Below, piece after piece: positions 13,282 through 24,833 of a stretch of 64,000 bases of DNA. Source of the stretch: Macrostomum lignano (Eukaryota); contig NIVC01003790.1 in NCBI GenBank assembly GCA_002269645.1, positions 1 through 64,000 of the forward strand. Direction: 5' to 3'. Position numbers and translations under genes: made by a program. Position 1 is the stretch's first letter. Every line of letters starts with the position of its first letter. The notes below the pieces were generated by a model. It worked only from the letters and a program-made list of their open reading frames with translations, searched no databases and was not told the DNA's origin.

Positions 13282-15514
13282 CAGTAGGAATACCAAGCCA
13301 TTTTTCCACCCGTCGAACTACCAAGAGGGGGGAAAAATTTCCCCCCCCTGACAATTTTTTTTGCTGCGCTGGAATGGAGCAATGCAGACACACAAAATTC
13401 AAGAACACGGGCTAACTTTTTGTTGCGCACCTTCTCAAACAAGAATCAAGTCGCCAGCCCTCCGGACCGTCGAGATATTTGACGATTCTACCAGAAGGTC
13501 AGATTTTTCCCATAAGCGCCAGTGTATTCAGTACACCCCTGTGCGCCAAATAGCACTGCGCCTCAGTTCAGCCTTGCCAAGTCTCCAAATTTCATCAGCA
13601 CATCGACCAAATGTGTCTGCATCAGTTCTGACTTCGTTGGTTACTGGCCTTCACCGAGACGGAGCTTCTAGACCCGAGGTGGCACCAGGTGACTATGAAC
13701 ACCTTGATGCGAATTTCTCTAGTTTCACCGATCAAGCCTCGACAGTAGGCAAGCCTCAACTGCCAGACACCCTCAGCTAGTCTCCTGAGCATTCCTTCAT
13801 CATCCCGACACCGTCGGCTCCTTCAACAGATTACACCAGGTGACTATGGACAGCCTGTTGCAAATATGTCAGGTTTTTCTTATCAAGCTTCAATAATGAG
13901 CAAACCTCAACTGCTGGACATCCTCAGCTAGTCAGTCAAGCATTCAGCCATCACCCCGACGCCATCGGCACCTTCAACAGGTGGCACCAGGGGAGTAAGG
14001 ACACCTGAGCGTGATTTTTCATCATGCTCTTAACATTTCTGAATCATTAAAAAATGAAAAAAACGGATTGAATTTACTGGCTTCTGTAGGGCGTAGGCCG
14101 TGCGCTGCACTCTCTGCCCCACATTATTATTCATGACTCATTCTCTTGCCTAAACTTGTTTACCAATTCTTGACCAATTGCACATCGCTGCACCCCACCC
14201 CACAATATTGACTAATAAATATATTGAGTAAACAGAGCCATACAGAGGCCACCTTTTCGGCACGCAAACCCAGACTTCACAGCTTCTTAGAAGCATAACC
14301 CTTTCTGCATAAAAATTGGGTTCAATATTATAGTTGAATAAACTAAACAGCTTTTCGAATAAAATATGTATGTAGCTCGTATGCATAAAAGTATGTGTAA
14401 TAATAATATAAATATACAGCAACATGAGTTCAAGCTTAACTATAGCAATGTCCGTGCTTTAAAAATTTTGAGAGCTTCAGCAATGTTAAGAGCATGATGA
14501 AAAATCAGGCTCAGGTGTCCTTACTCCCCTGGTGCCACCTGTTGAAGGTGCCGATGGTGTCGGGGTGATGGCTAAATGCTTGACTGACTAGCTGAGGATG
14601 TCCAGCAGTTGAGGTTTGCTCATTATTGAAGCTTGATAAAAAAGACCTGACATAGTTGCAAAAGGATGTCCATAGTCACCTGATGCCACCTGTTGAAGGT
14701 GCCGACGGTGTCGGGATGATGACAGAATGCTCAGGAGACTAGCTGAAGGTGTCCGGCAGTTGAGGCTTGCCTACTGTCGAGGCTCGATCGGCGAAACTAG
14801 AGAAATTCGCATTAGGGTGTCCATAGTCACTTGGTGTCATCTGTTGAAGGAGCCGACGGTGTCGGGATGATGACGGAATGCTTGAGAGACTAGCTGAAGA
14901 TGTTCCGCGGTTGAGGCTTGCCCATTGGCAAGGCTTGATCAGCGAAACTAGAGAAATTTGCATCAGGGTGTTCATAGTCACCTAGTGTAATCCGTTGAAG
15001 GTGCCGACGGCGTCGGGGTGATGATGGAAGGCTCAAGAGACTAGCTGAGGATACCTAGCAGTTGAGGTATGCCCACTGTCGAGGCTTGATCAGCGAAACT
15101 CAAGAAATTTGTATCAGAGTGTCCATAGTCACTTGGTGCCACCTGTTGAAGGTCCAGAAGCTCTGCCTGGGTGAAGGCTAGTGACCAACGAAGTCAGAGC
15201 TGATGCAGACACATGTTGTCGACGTGCTGATGAAATTTGGAGACTTGGCAAGGCTGCACTGAGGCGCAGTGCTGATTGGCGCACAGGGGTGTACTGAATA
15301 CACTAGCGCTTATGGGAAAAATCCGACCTTCTGGCAGAATCGTCGAATATCTCGCCGGTCCGGAGGGCTGGCGACTTGATTCTTGTTTGAGAAGGTGCGC
15401 AACAAAAAGTTAGCCCGTGTTCTTGAATTTTGTGTGTCTGCGTTGCTCCGTTCCGGCGCAGCAAAAAAAATTGTCAGGGGGGGGGAAATTTCCCCCCCCT
15501 TGGTAGTCCTACTG
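13282..15514. mobile_element. Foldback-type DNA transposon with very long TIRs, TTAA target-site duplication and internal 151-bp tandem repeats
   Basis: TTAA at 13278-13281 and 15515-15518. Termini are CAGTAGGA(A/C)TACCAAG. The left arm 13282-14043 is inverted relative to the right arm 14476-15514, around a 432 bp spacer. The 151-bp period was measured at CACCAGG 13683/13834/13985 and CATAGTCAC 14671/14822/14973/15124. No transposase. Confidence 0.85.
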
Positions 15515-16159
15515 TTAATCACTGAATATTGATCCAGTTGATAAAATGACTAGCACCCAAAAAGCCTCCCCTTCTACCTTCCTTGGGTTTAGCCTTAGGT
15601 TTTTACCTTCAAAATCTGCTTTTTTACTCAACAAATTTCTAGTTGTGCTACCATATAATTTCAAGTTTACATTAGATTAATCTTTTAATATCATTTTAGG
15701 GAGTCTATTTTTCATCCCCTTTCAATTTTCTTTTAGTTTAGTCTCCTTTTCTATACAAGGCCTACCTATAGAGCAAAAGTAACTTTTGTGGCAATATTAG
15801 ATAATTTTATGAATGAATTTATAAATTTAAAGGTATAGAAACCTTTTGATTGCCATAAAATAGCTTATGTGTTATTATTTTATAATTGATATCAATTTAT
15901 TTTTTACAAAAGTGTAATAAAGGGGTTTGATGAGTTTTTTTATTTAAAAAAATATAGAAATATTTGCATTTCATTATGTTGACCTATCTCATTGAGAGAT
16001 CTTCATAAAAATCGAGTTTATAAAAACTAGCAATCTTTGCCCCCCAATAAGAGACATCTGGATAGAATCTTTGTTCTTTACAAGTAACAAATAGACAGAG
16101 AAATAAAGCCTTCAAAAAACAACAGACATTCCCTCTAAAAAGAAACCATCCCAAGAGAG

Positions 16160-17285
16160 CAAGCATCCCCAGAATAGCAAGCATCTCCTAAGACCACAAG
16201 CATCCCCCCTCCCAATAACAAGCAACCCCAGATAGCAAGCATCTCTCAGATAGCAAGCATCTCTCAAATAGCAAGCATATCCAAGATAGCAAGGATCCCC
16301 TAGACAGCAAGCATCCCCCCCCAGATAGCAAGCATCCCCCAGACAGACAGCAAGCATCCCCAAGATAGCAAGCATCCCCAAATAGCAAGCATCCCCCAGA
16401 CAGACAGCAAGCATCCCCAAGATAGCAAGCATCCCCAAGATAGCAAGCATCCCCAAGATAGCAAGCATACCCCAGATAGCAAGCATCCCCCAGACAGCAA
16501 GCATCCCCCAGATAGCAAGCATCTCCCAGATAGCAAGCCTACCCTAGATAGCAAGCATCCCCTAGACAGCAAGCATCCCCAAGATAGCAAGCATACCCCA
16601 GATAGCAAGCATCCCCCTAGATAGCAAGCATACCCCAGATAGCAAGCATACCCCAGATAGCAAGCATCTCCCAGATAGCAAGCATCCCCCAGACAGCAAG
16701 CATCTCCCAGATAGCAAGCATCTCCCAGATAGCAAGCATCCCCCAGACAGCAAGCATCCCCCAGATAGCAAGCATCTCCCAGACAGCAAGCATACCCCAG
16801 ATAGCAAGCATCATACCCCAGATAGCAAGCATCCCCAAGATAGCAAGCATCCCTAAGATAGCAAGCATCCCCCCGATAGCAAGCACCCCCCTAATAGCAA
16901 GTATACCCCAGATAGCAAGCATCCCCCAGACAGCAAGCATCCCCCAAATAGCAAGCATCTCCCAGACAGCAAGCCTACCCCAGATAGCAAGCATCCCTTA
17001 GACAGCAAGCATCCCCTAGATAGCAAGCATACCCCAGATAGCAAGCATCCCCTCGATAGCAAGCCTACCCCAGATAGCAAGCATCCCTGGATACAAAGAG
17101 TCCTTATAGATAGCTAGCAAACCCCTCTCAGATAGCAAGTACCCACTATCCCCCAAGAGCAAGCATCTCCCAATAACAAGTTACCCCAGTAGCAAGCATC
17201 CCTCAGATAGCAAGCATCCCTCAGATAGCAAGCATCCCCCTGATAGCAAGTATCCATCCTTAAATAGCAAACATCTACCAGACAA
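16160..17285. repeat. ~19-20 bp minisatellite GATAGCAAGCATCCCCCA inside Helitron A
   Basis: Tandem units; a short version occurs at 18375-18540 in copy B. Confidence 0.95.
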
Positions 17286-17334
17286 CAAGTAGCTAGTGCA
17301 ACAATTTCCATAGCTTTATAATGGCTCCATTTTG

Positions 17335-17640
17335 TTTGGCATGATGCTTCTTTTTTCATTTCAATTTCTATCTCTTTTACGTTTGACATGGCATCTCTTT
17401 TATGTTTGACATGGCGTCTTTTATATGATTGACATGATGGTTCTTTTATGTTTGACATGGTGCCAATTTTATGTTTGGCATGGTGGCTCTTTTTTGTTTG
17501 ACATGGTGGCTCTTTTATGATTGACATGGTGGCTCTTTTATGTTTGAAATGGTGGCTCTTTAATGTTTGACATGGTTCCAATTTTATGTTTGACATGGTG
17601 CCACTTTTATGTTTGACATAGCACTTCCTTTATGTTTAGC
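17335..17640. repeat. ~21 bp minisatellite ATGTTTGACATGGTGGCTCTTT inside Helitron A
   Basis: Short version of the array at 18620-21990. Confidence 0.9.
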
Positions 17641-18619
17641 AGTTTTGTGTTTTTAAAGTGTTTAAAGTTTTTAAAGTCGAAATTATTTTGCGCTACTAAG
17701 ATGCAAACCCAGGTTGCTACATTAGCAGTCTAGTCTGTTCGCATCTAGGCTATCTATTTTCAATTGGAGAACTTAAACTGTGGCCCTTATAATTCAATTC
17801 TTACAGCAAGTCGGTTAGGGTAAAAAGGGTAAACATAATCAATTTCTCAGTCAGCCAGTATCAGTCTCAATTAAGTTAGCAATATGGTTACGCAATTTGT
17901 GTCAAGTTGTATGTGCTTTTCTCTGGCACTGTTTTCAACTTGGTGTGATGTAATCTTTATCAGAATTGAAATTCAGTCAGTCAGTTTTTTCTCTAGTATT
18001 CTTACAATGCATTTCAAGTCGAAATTTTGCTTGACCTTTGCGAAAAAGCATGTTTTTCAAATATTTTATCCCTTTAACATTGAGCAATTTCTTAGCTAAG
18101 ATGCATGTACTGTCCCAGGAACATTTCTGATCAAATGGTGCAAGTTTGACGAAAATTGGTTGAGCTGTTTTTTCTGAAATCTATCGCATACCTACCTACC
18201 TACCCACAGAAACTCATTTTTAGTATATCTGACTAGCAATCTTCGCCCCCCGTTGCGGGACATCTGTATAGAACCTCTGTTCTCTACAAGTAACAAAAAG
18301 ATAGCCAAAAAAAGCCTTCACAAAGAAAACAGACAAAATACTCAAAGGAAGTGCAATGCAAAAAGAAATCATCCCAAGACAGCAAGCATCCCCCAGATAG
18401 CAAGCATCTTCCAGATTACAAGCAACCCCCAGATAGCAAGCATCCCCCATATAGCAAGCATCCCCCAGATAGCAAGCATCCGCCAGATAGCAAGCATCCC
18501 CTACATAGATAGCATCCCCAAATAGCAAGCATCCACCAGACAATAAGTAGCTAGTGCGACAATTTCCTTAGCATTATAGTGGCTCCTTTAAAATTCGCTT
18601 ACTTTTATGTTTGAAATTG

Positions 18620-21600
18620 TGTAAATTTTATGTTTGACATGGTGGCTGTTTTAAGTTCTACATGGCAACTGTTTTATGTTTGAAACGATGGCTTTTTAAT
18701 GTCAGACATGGTGGCTCTTTTATGTTTTACATGGTGGCTCTTTTATGTTTGACATGGTGCCTCTTTATTGTTTGACATGGTGGCTCTTTAATGTTTAACC
18801 TGGTGGCTCTTTTATGTTTGAAACAGTGGCTCTTTTATGTTTGACATGGTGGCTCCTTAATGTTCGAGAAAGTGGCTCTTTAATGTTTTTCATGGTATAG
18901 CTCTTTTATGTTCGACATGGTGGCTCTTTTAGGTTTGACATGGTGGCTCTTTTAGGTTTGACATGGTGGCTCTTAAATGTTTGACATGGTGGCTCTTTAA
19001 TGTTCGAGAAAGTGGCTCTTTAATGTTTTTCATGGTATAGCTCTTTTATGTTCGACATGGTGGCTCTTTTAGGTTTGACATGGTGGCTCTTAAATGTTCG
19101 ACATGGTGGCTCTTAAATGTTTGACATGGTGACTCTTTAATGTTTCAAATGGTGGCTCTTTAATGTTTAACATGGTGGCTCTTAAATGTTTGACATGGTG
19201 GCTCTTTAATGTTCGAAATGGTGGCTCTTTTGTTTTACATGGTGGCTCTTTAATGTTTGACATGGTGGCTCTTTAATGTTTGACATAAAGTCACTTATAT
19301 GTTCAAAATGGTGGCTCTTTAATATTTTAAATTGTGGCTCTTAAGTGTTCGACATGGTGGCTCTTTAATATTTTACATTGTGGCTCTTAAGTGTTCGACA
19401 TGGTGGCTCTTTTAGGTTTGACATGATGGCTCTTTTAGGTTTAACATGGTGGCTCTTTTAGGTTTAACATGGTGGCTCTGTTAGGTTTAACATGGTGGCT
19501 CTTAAATGTTCGACATGGTGGCTCTTTAATGTTCGACATGGTGGCTCTTTAATATTCTTCATGTTATAGCTCTTTCATGTTTGACATGGTGGCTCTTTAA
19601 TGTTCGAAATGGTGGCTCTTTAATGTTCGAAATGGTGGCTCTTTAATGTTCGAAATGGTGGCTCTTTAATGTTCGAAATGGTGGCTCTTTAATGTTCGAA
19701 ATGGTGGCTCTTTAATGTTTGACACAAAGTCACATATATGTTTGACATGGTGGCTCTTAAATGTTTGACATGGTGGCTCTTTATGTTTGACATGTTGGCT
19801 CTTTTATGTTTGACATGTTGGCTCTTTTATGTTTGAAATGGTGGATCTTTAATGTTCGAAATAGTGGCTCTTTTATGGTCGACATGGTGGCTCTTTAATG
19901 TTCGAAATGGTGGCTCTTTAATGTTCGAAATAGTGGCTCTTTTATTTTCGACATGGTGGCTCTTTATGTTGGACATGTTGGCTCTTTTATGTTTGACATG
20001 TTGGCTCTTTTATGTTTGACATGGTGGATCTTTAATGTTCGAAATAGTGGCTCTTTTATGGTCGACATGGTGGCTCTTTAATGTTCGAAATGGTGGCTCT
20101 TTAATGTTAGAAATAGTGGCTCTTTTATTTTCGACATGGTGGCTCTTTTAGGTTTGACATGGTGGCTCTTTTATGATTGATATGGTGGCTCTTTAATGTT
20201 TAGCATGGTGACTTTTAATGTTTGACATGGTGGCTCTTTAATGTTCGGCATGGTGGCTCTTTAATATTCGACATGGTGGCTCTTTAATGTTCGACATGGT
20301 GGCTCTTTAATGTTTGACATGGTGGCTCTTTAATGTTTTACATGGTTGCTCTTTTATGTTCGACATGGTGGCTCTTTAATGTTTGACATGGTAGCTCTGT
20401 TATGTCCGAAATGGTGGCTCTTTAATGTTTGACATAAAGTCTCATATATGTTTGACATGGTGGCTCTTAAATGTTTGACATGGTGGCTCTTTATGTTTGA
20501 CATGTTGGCTCTTTTATGTTCGAAATGGTGGCTCTTTTTTGTTCTACATGTTAACTCTTTTTTATTTGATACGGTGGCTTTTTTAATGTCTGACATGTTG
20601 GCTCTTTTATGTTTGACATGGTGGCTCTTTAATGTTCGACAAAGTGGCTCCTAAATGTTTGACATAGTGGCTCTTCAATGTTTGACAATGTGGCTTTTGA
20701 ATGTTTGACATGGTGGCTCTTTAATGTTTGACATGGTAGCTCTGTTATGTTCGACATGGTGGCTCTTCTAGGTTTGACACGAAGGCTCTTAAATGTTTAA
20801 CATGGTGGCTCTTTAATGTTTAACATGGTGGCTCTTTAATGTTTCACATGGTGGCTCTTTAATGTTTTACATGGTGGCTCTTTTATGTTTAACTTGGTAG
20901 CTCTTTGTTATTTTACATGGCAGCTCTTTTATGTTCGACATGGTGGCTCTTTAATATTCATGTTATAGCTCTTTCATGTTTGACATGGTGGCTCTTTAAT
21001 GTTTAACACAAAGTCACATATATGTTTGACATGGTGGCTCTTAAATGTTTGACATGGTGGCTCTTTATGTTTGACATGTTGGCTCTTTTATGTTTGACAT
21101 GTTGGCTCTTTTATGTTTGACATGGTGGCTCTTTAATGTTCGAAAAAGTGGCTCCTAAATGTTTAACATAGTGGCTCTTTGATGTTCGAAATAGTGGCTC
21201 TTTTATTTTTGACATGGTGGCTCTTTAATGTTTGATATGGTGGCTGTTTAATGTTTGAAATGGTGGCTCTTTTATGTTTGACATAAAGTCACTTATATGT
21301 TTTACATGGTGCCTCTTAAATATTAGACATGGTGGCTCGTTTAGGTTTGACGTAGTAGCTCTTTAATGTTCGACATGGTGGCTCTTTAATATTCGATATG
21401 TTGGCTCTTTTATGTTTGACATGGTGGCTCTTTAATGTTCGACAAAGTGGCTCCTAAATGTTTGACATAGTGGCTCTTTAATGTTTGACAATGTGGCTTT
21501 TGAATGTTTGACATGGTGGCTCTTTAATGATAGACATGGTGGCTCTTTTATGTTCGAAATGGTGGCTCTTTAATGTTTAAAATAGTGGCTCTTTTATGTT

Positions 21601-21990
21601 CGATATGGTGGCTCTTTAATGTTCGAAAAAGTGGCTCCTAAATGTTTGACATAGTGGCTCTTTGATGTTCGAAATAGTGGCTCTTTTATGGTCGACATGG
21701 TGGCTCTTTAATGTTCGAAATGGTGGCTCTTTAATGTTCGAAATAGTGGCTCTTTTATTTTCGAAATGGTGGCTCTTTAATCTCGAAATGGTGGCTGTTT
21801 AATGTTCGAAATGGTGGCTCTTTTATGTTTGACATAAAGTCACTTATATGTTTTATATGGTGCCTCTTAAATATTAGACATGGTGGCTCGTTTAGGTTTG
21901 ACATGGTGGCTCTTTAATATTCGATATGTTAGCTCTTTTATGTTCGACATGGTGGCTCTTCTATGTTTGACATTGCGCTTCTTTTATGTT
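18620..21990. repeat. ~21 bp minisatellite ATGTTTGACATGGTGGCTCTTTA inside Helitron B
   Basis: About 3.4 kb diverged tandem array with higher-order blocks. Confidence 0.95.
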
Positions 21991-22040
21991 TAGAAGTTTT
22001 GTGTTTTTAAGGTGTTTTAATAAAAAAAATCTTTTTTGCC

Positions 22041-22107
22041 CTACTAAGATTCGAACCCAGGTCGCTACATTAGCATTCCAGTCTGTTCGCATCTGGGCTA
22101 TCTTTTT
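22041..22107 (-). other. tRNA-derived Pol III promoter cassette (A box/B box) inside Helitron B; degenerate copy in Helitron A at about 17695-17755
   Basis: Minus strand reads TAGCCCAGATGCG...GGTTCGAATC, with a T-run about 20 nt downstream. No intact acceptor stem, so not a real tRNA. Confidence 0.6.
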
Positions 22108-22679
22108 CAATTGGAGAACATAAATTGTGGCCCTTATAATTCAATTCTTACAGCAAGTCAATTGGAGTAAAAAGTTATGACATAATCAATTTCTCAGTCA
22201 GCCAGAATCAGTCTCAATTTAAGTTGCCAATATGGTTACGCAATTTCATTCAAGTTGTGTGTGCATTTCTTTGACACTGTTTTCAACTTGTTGTGATGCA
22301 ATCTTTATCACAATCGGAATTCACCCAGTCAGTTTTTTCTCTAGCATTCTTACAATGCATTTCAAGTCGAAAATTTTGCTTGACCTTTGCAAAAAAGCAT
22401 GTTTTTCGAATATTTAATCCCTTTAACATTGAGCAATTTCTTAGCCAAGATGCATGTACCGTCCCAGGAAAATTTCTGATCGAATGGTGCAAGTTTGAAG
22501 AAAATCGGTTGAGCCAATTTTTCTGAAATCTATCGCATACCTACCCACAGACAACTCATTTTTAGTATATAGGAAGATGATGATGATGACTGATTTTTAG
22601 TATATCTGATGACTGATTATGACTGAATGAAATTGACTGTGAATTCTCTTGCTGTGTGCAGGCTGATAAAATTTGCATT

Positions 22680-22941
22680 AAAAATGCCCATTTAAAACAG
22701 TTTTTCAAATATTTAATCTCTTTAGCAATGAGCTAAAGCTTAATAAAAATACATGTACCAATTCGGGAACATTTGACATCTTTTGGTGAAGAAACGGCGA
22801 AAATTGGTTGAGCCATTTGGGAGATAATCGATTGCATACAAGCAAGCAAGCAAGCAAGCAAGCAAGATTTTCATTTTTAGTATATAGGATGCATACATAG
22901 AAACATACAAACATACAATTTTTTCATCTTTAGTATATTAG
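22680..22941 (-). mobile_element. Truncated, nested Helitron 5' ends
   Basis: A|TCCTATATACTAAAAATG at 22889 followed by (TTGC)n and a core; CTAG|TCTAATATACTAAAGATG at 22941 followed by TGTA-type repeats. Another 5'-end stub lies at about 22595-22610. Confidence 0.65.
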
Positions 22942-23592
22942 ACTAGATTTGTCTAGGAATGAAAAAAATATTTTTAATGACAATTTTTGACTTTTGTAAT
23001 AATAGAATATTTTTCTCTTACTTTGATCTATTAAAATACATTTACAATTTGTGTTCCTATATTCCTATAATATTGAATATCCTTTTAAATCATTCAATTT
23101 TTCTACAATTTTGTGCCTTTAATAGCTAATATGTTTGCTTTTATAATTTTTTGGCCAAATATACTTTTGCATGAATTATATTTATATTTTTTAAGGTAGA
23201 TACATTTTATATCCCATTTTGATAGAAATACTTATATGCAAGTAGAATAGAAGGTAAGAAGTATGACATTAGAAATAATTTTTATGGAAATTTCTAAATC
23301 GAAATTGGTACTAAATTTTGGGGGCTCTAGATTCATTAAAGTTTTTAAACATAATTTTACAATGTATAGAAAGCTATTGATCTATTTTCAACCTATTTTC
23401 ATTAGCATTGTCTTATTAAACCTTTTCTTTTTTATGTTTTGTTACTTTTTAGATAAAAAAATATTGTTTTTTAAAAATGCATAACTTTTTCAAACATGTA
23501 TTTAAAATGAAACCTTATAATATTTTTTAAAATCTTATCATTCTAATTCAAAAAAAAAATTCTTATGAAGATCATAACTACATTTAACTAGG

Positions 23593-24500
23593 TGTATGCC
23601 ATGAGGCCAGGAACAAGCCCAGATTTCAGATTTATTTCAATGAAGCCAAAAAGTTGTCTCACGCTCCTGTCTACTAACTTGGGTAACATACGATTGTAGA
23701 AACACAAACAGAAACAATAGCATTTTTTATTAGAGGCAGGGGGTTGTGTCATTGTTTGCACCCTGGCGCACTTTAAGCGACATAGGCACACAACCGGCGA
23801 GAGGCATTGCTGCCCATTCCGCCGACTCCCCTGAGCAGGCACACAAGCGTGCGGATACGTACGCAGGCACACACTCACACAGGAGTGTACAGCGGCCCTA
23901 ACTTTATATTATCGTTAGGCATGTACACTTCACTGCGCCTTGGGGGGTTGGCTCTCAAGGCCGTTAATTGCACAAGCAGAGCCAAGCCGAGATTCAAATT
24001 CAGCCCCAAATTAATGTGACTGCACTTGGAATCGAGCCTGAGTCGCTGGCACACCAGAGCAGCTGCGCTACCGCTGGGCTACGGCCCCCCGTTGAAACAA
24101 TAGCATAGCCGATCTTTGTCACGCCCCCCTCCGGAGTGAAGCCCTCTTAGATTATACATGTAACAACGATTATAAACTAAGGAAAGCGTCTGGAAGCCTG
24201 AACACGTGGCTCTGATCGCTTAAAGTAGTCTGCGATCAACATAGTGAGTTATTAACCTGATTCGTTGGGACGTGTCCGATTCTATGGCCTGTAGCGGTCG
24301 GGTTCCCTTCGAATTCGCTCGCTCCTCCGTGTTGGTATGGCCTGTGCAACCTGTGGCTCCGGTGCAGCTGGTCTCTGACCTTCCACATCCGTCTCATCGG
24401 TTTCTTCATCAGAAAGAGTGCGAGGCGCGAGTTGATTGTTGCTGACCAAGCGTAGTGGTTAGTGGATCTCAAACTTTCGACCTTGTAGGTAATTCTTTAG
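23593..24500 (-). mobile_element. Truncated LTR-retrotransposon 3' end (integrase tail, PPT, short LTR) interrupted by a SINE
   Basis: Minus-strand translation ...AIPTRRSERIRREPDRY (typical integrase C-tail, about 24290-24340). PPT GGAGGGGGGCG at 24122-24132, followed by TG at 24121. AATAAA and a terminal ...ATACA at 23593. Confidence 0.5.
23724..24093 (-). mobile_element. Full-length tRNA-derived SINE with A-tail and 13-bp TSD
   Basis: Head GGGGCCGTAGCCCAGCGGTAG...GGCTCGATTCC; 3' CTAATAAAAAA. Direct repeat GAAACAATAGCAT at 23711-23723 and 24094-24106. Confidence 0.8.
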
Positions 24501-24833
24501 ACGAGAGACAGCCCAGACAATGGCTAGGGCTTCTCTTTCAATATTGGAGTAATTTTCCTCTGCCTTCGGTAGTCGATAGAGTCCTGGAAATATAAATTAG
24601 GTGTTAGGTGTGATCAATTTTTAGTCTTCCAATCTGATTCTGTCTATGCCATATAAATTTATCATTATGCAAAAATTTAATTTAATAATATGTACTGTAA
24701 ATAAAGAATAATTCAGTTTAGTAGATCCTGAAGGTTCTGTTAAAATTATACATAGTTTTTGTTTTTTATTGCAAGGATTGAGACAATATATTTATTTTTC
24801 TTAGCAAGCTTGACAATTTTCAAATGCAGCCTC

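Larger units (their letters stand above)
16027..18232 (-). mobile_element. Non-autonomous Helitron copy A carrying two minisatellite arrays
   Basis: Minus-strand 5' TCAGATATACTAAAAATGAG + (GTAG)n; 3' GGGGGGCAAAGATTG-CTAG|T at 16027. Body collinear with copy B. Confidence 0.8.
18233..22577 (-). mobile_element. Non-autonomous Helitron copy B, head-to-tail with copy A
   Basis: Minus-strand 5' TC(TTC)CTATATACTAAAAATGAG. The 3' hairpin CCCG-CAA-CGGG is followed by GGCGAAGATTG-CTAG, directly abutting the TC start of copy A (junction 18233/18232). Confidence 0.8.

Noticed and set aside
24017-24090. Functional tRNA gene (also 22041-22107, 35428-35500, 56972-57045, about 49050-49080)
   Set aside because: A/B boxes are present but acceptor and T stems do not pair. 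The best-preserved copies continue into SINE or Helitron bodies; the 49 kb one is only a B-box fragment.
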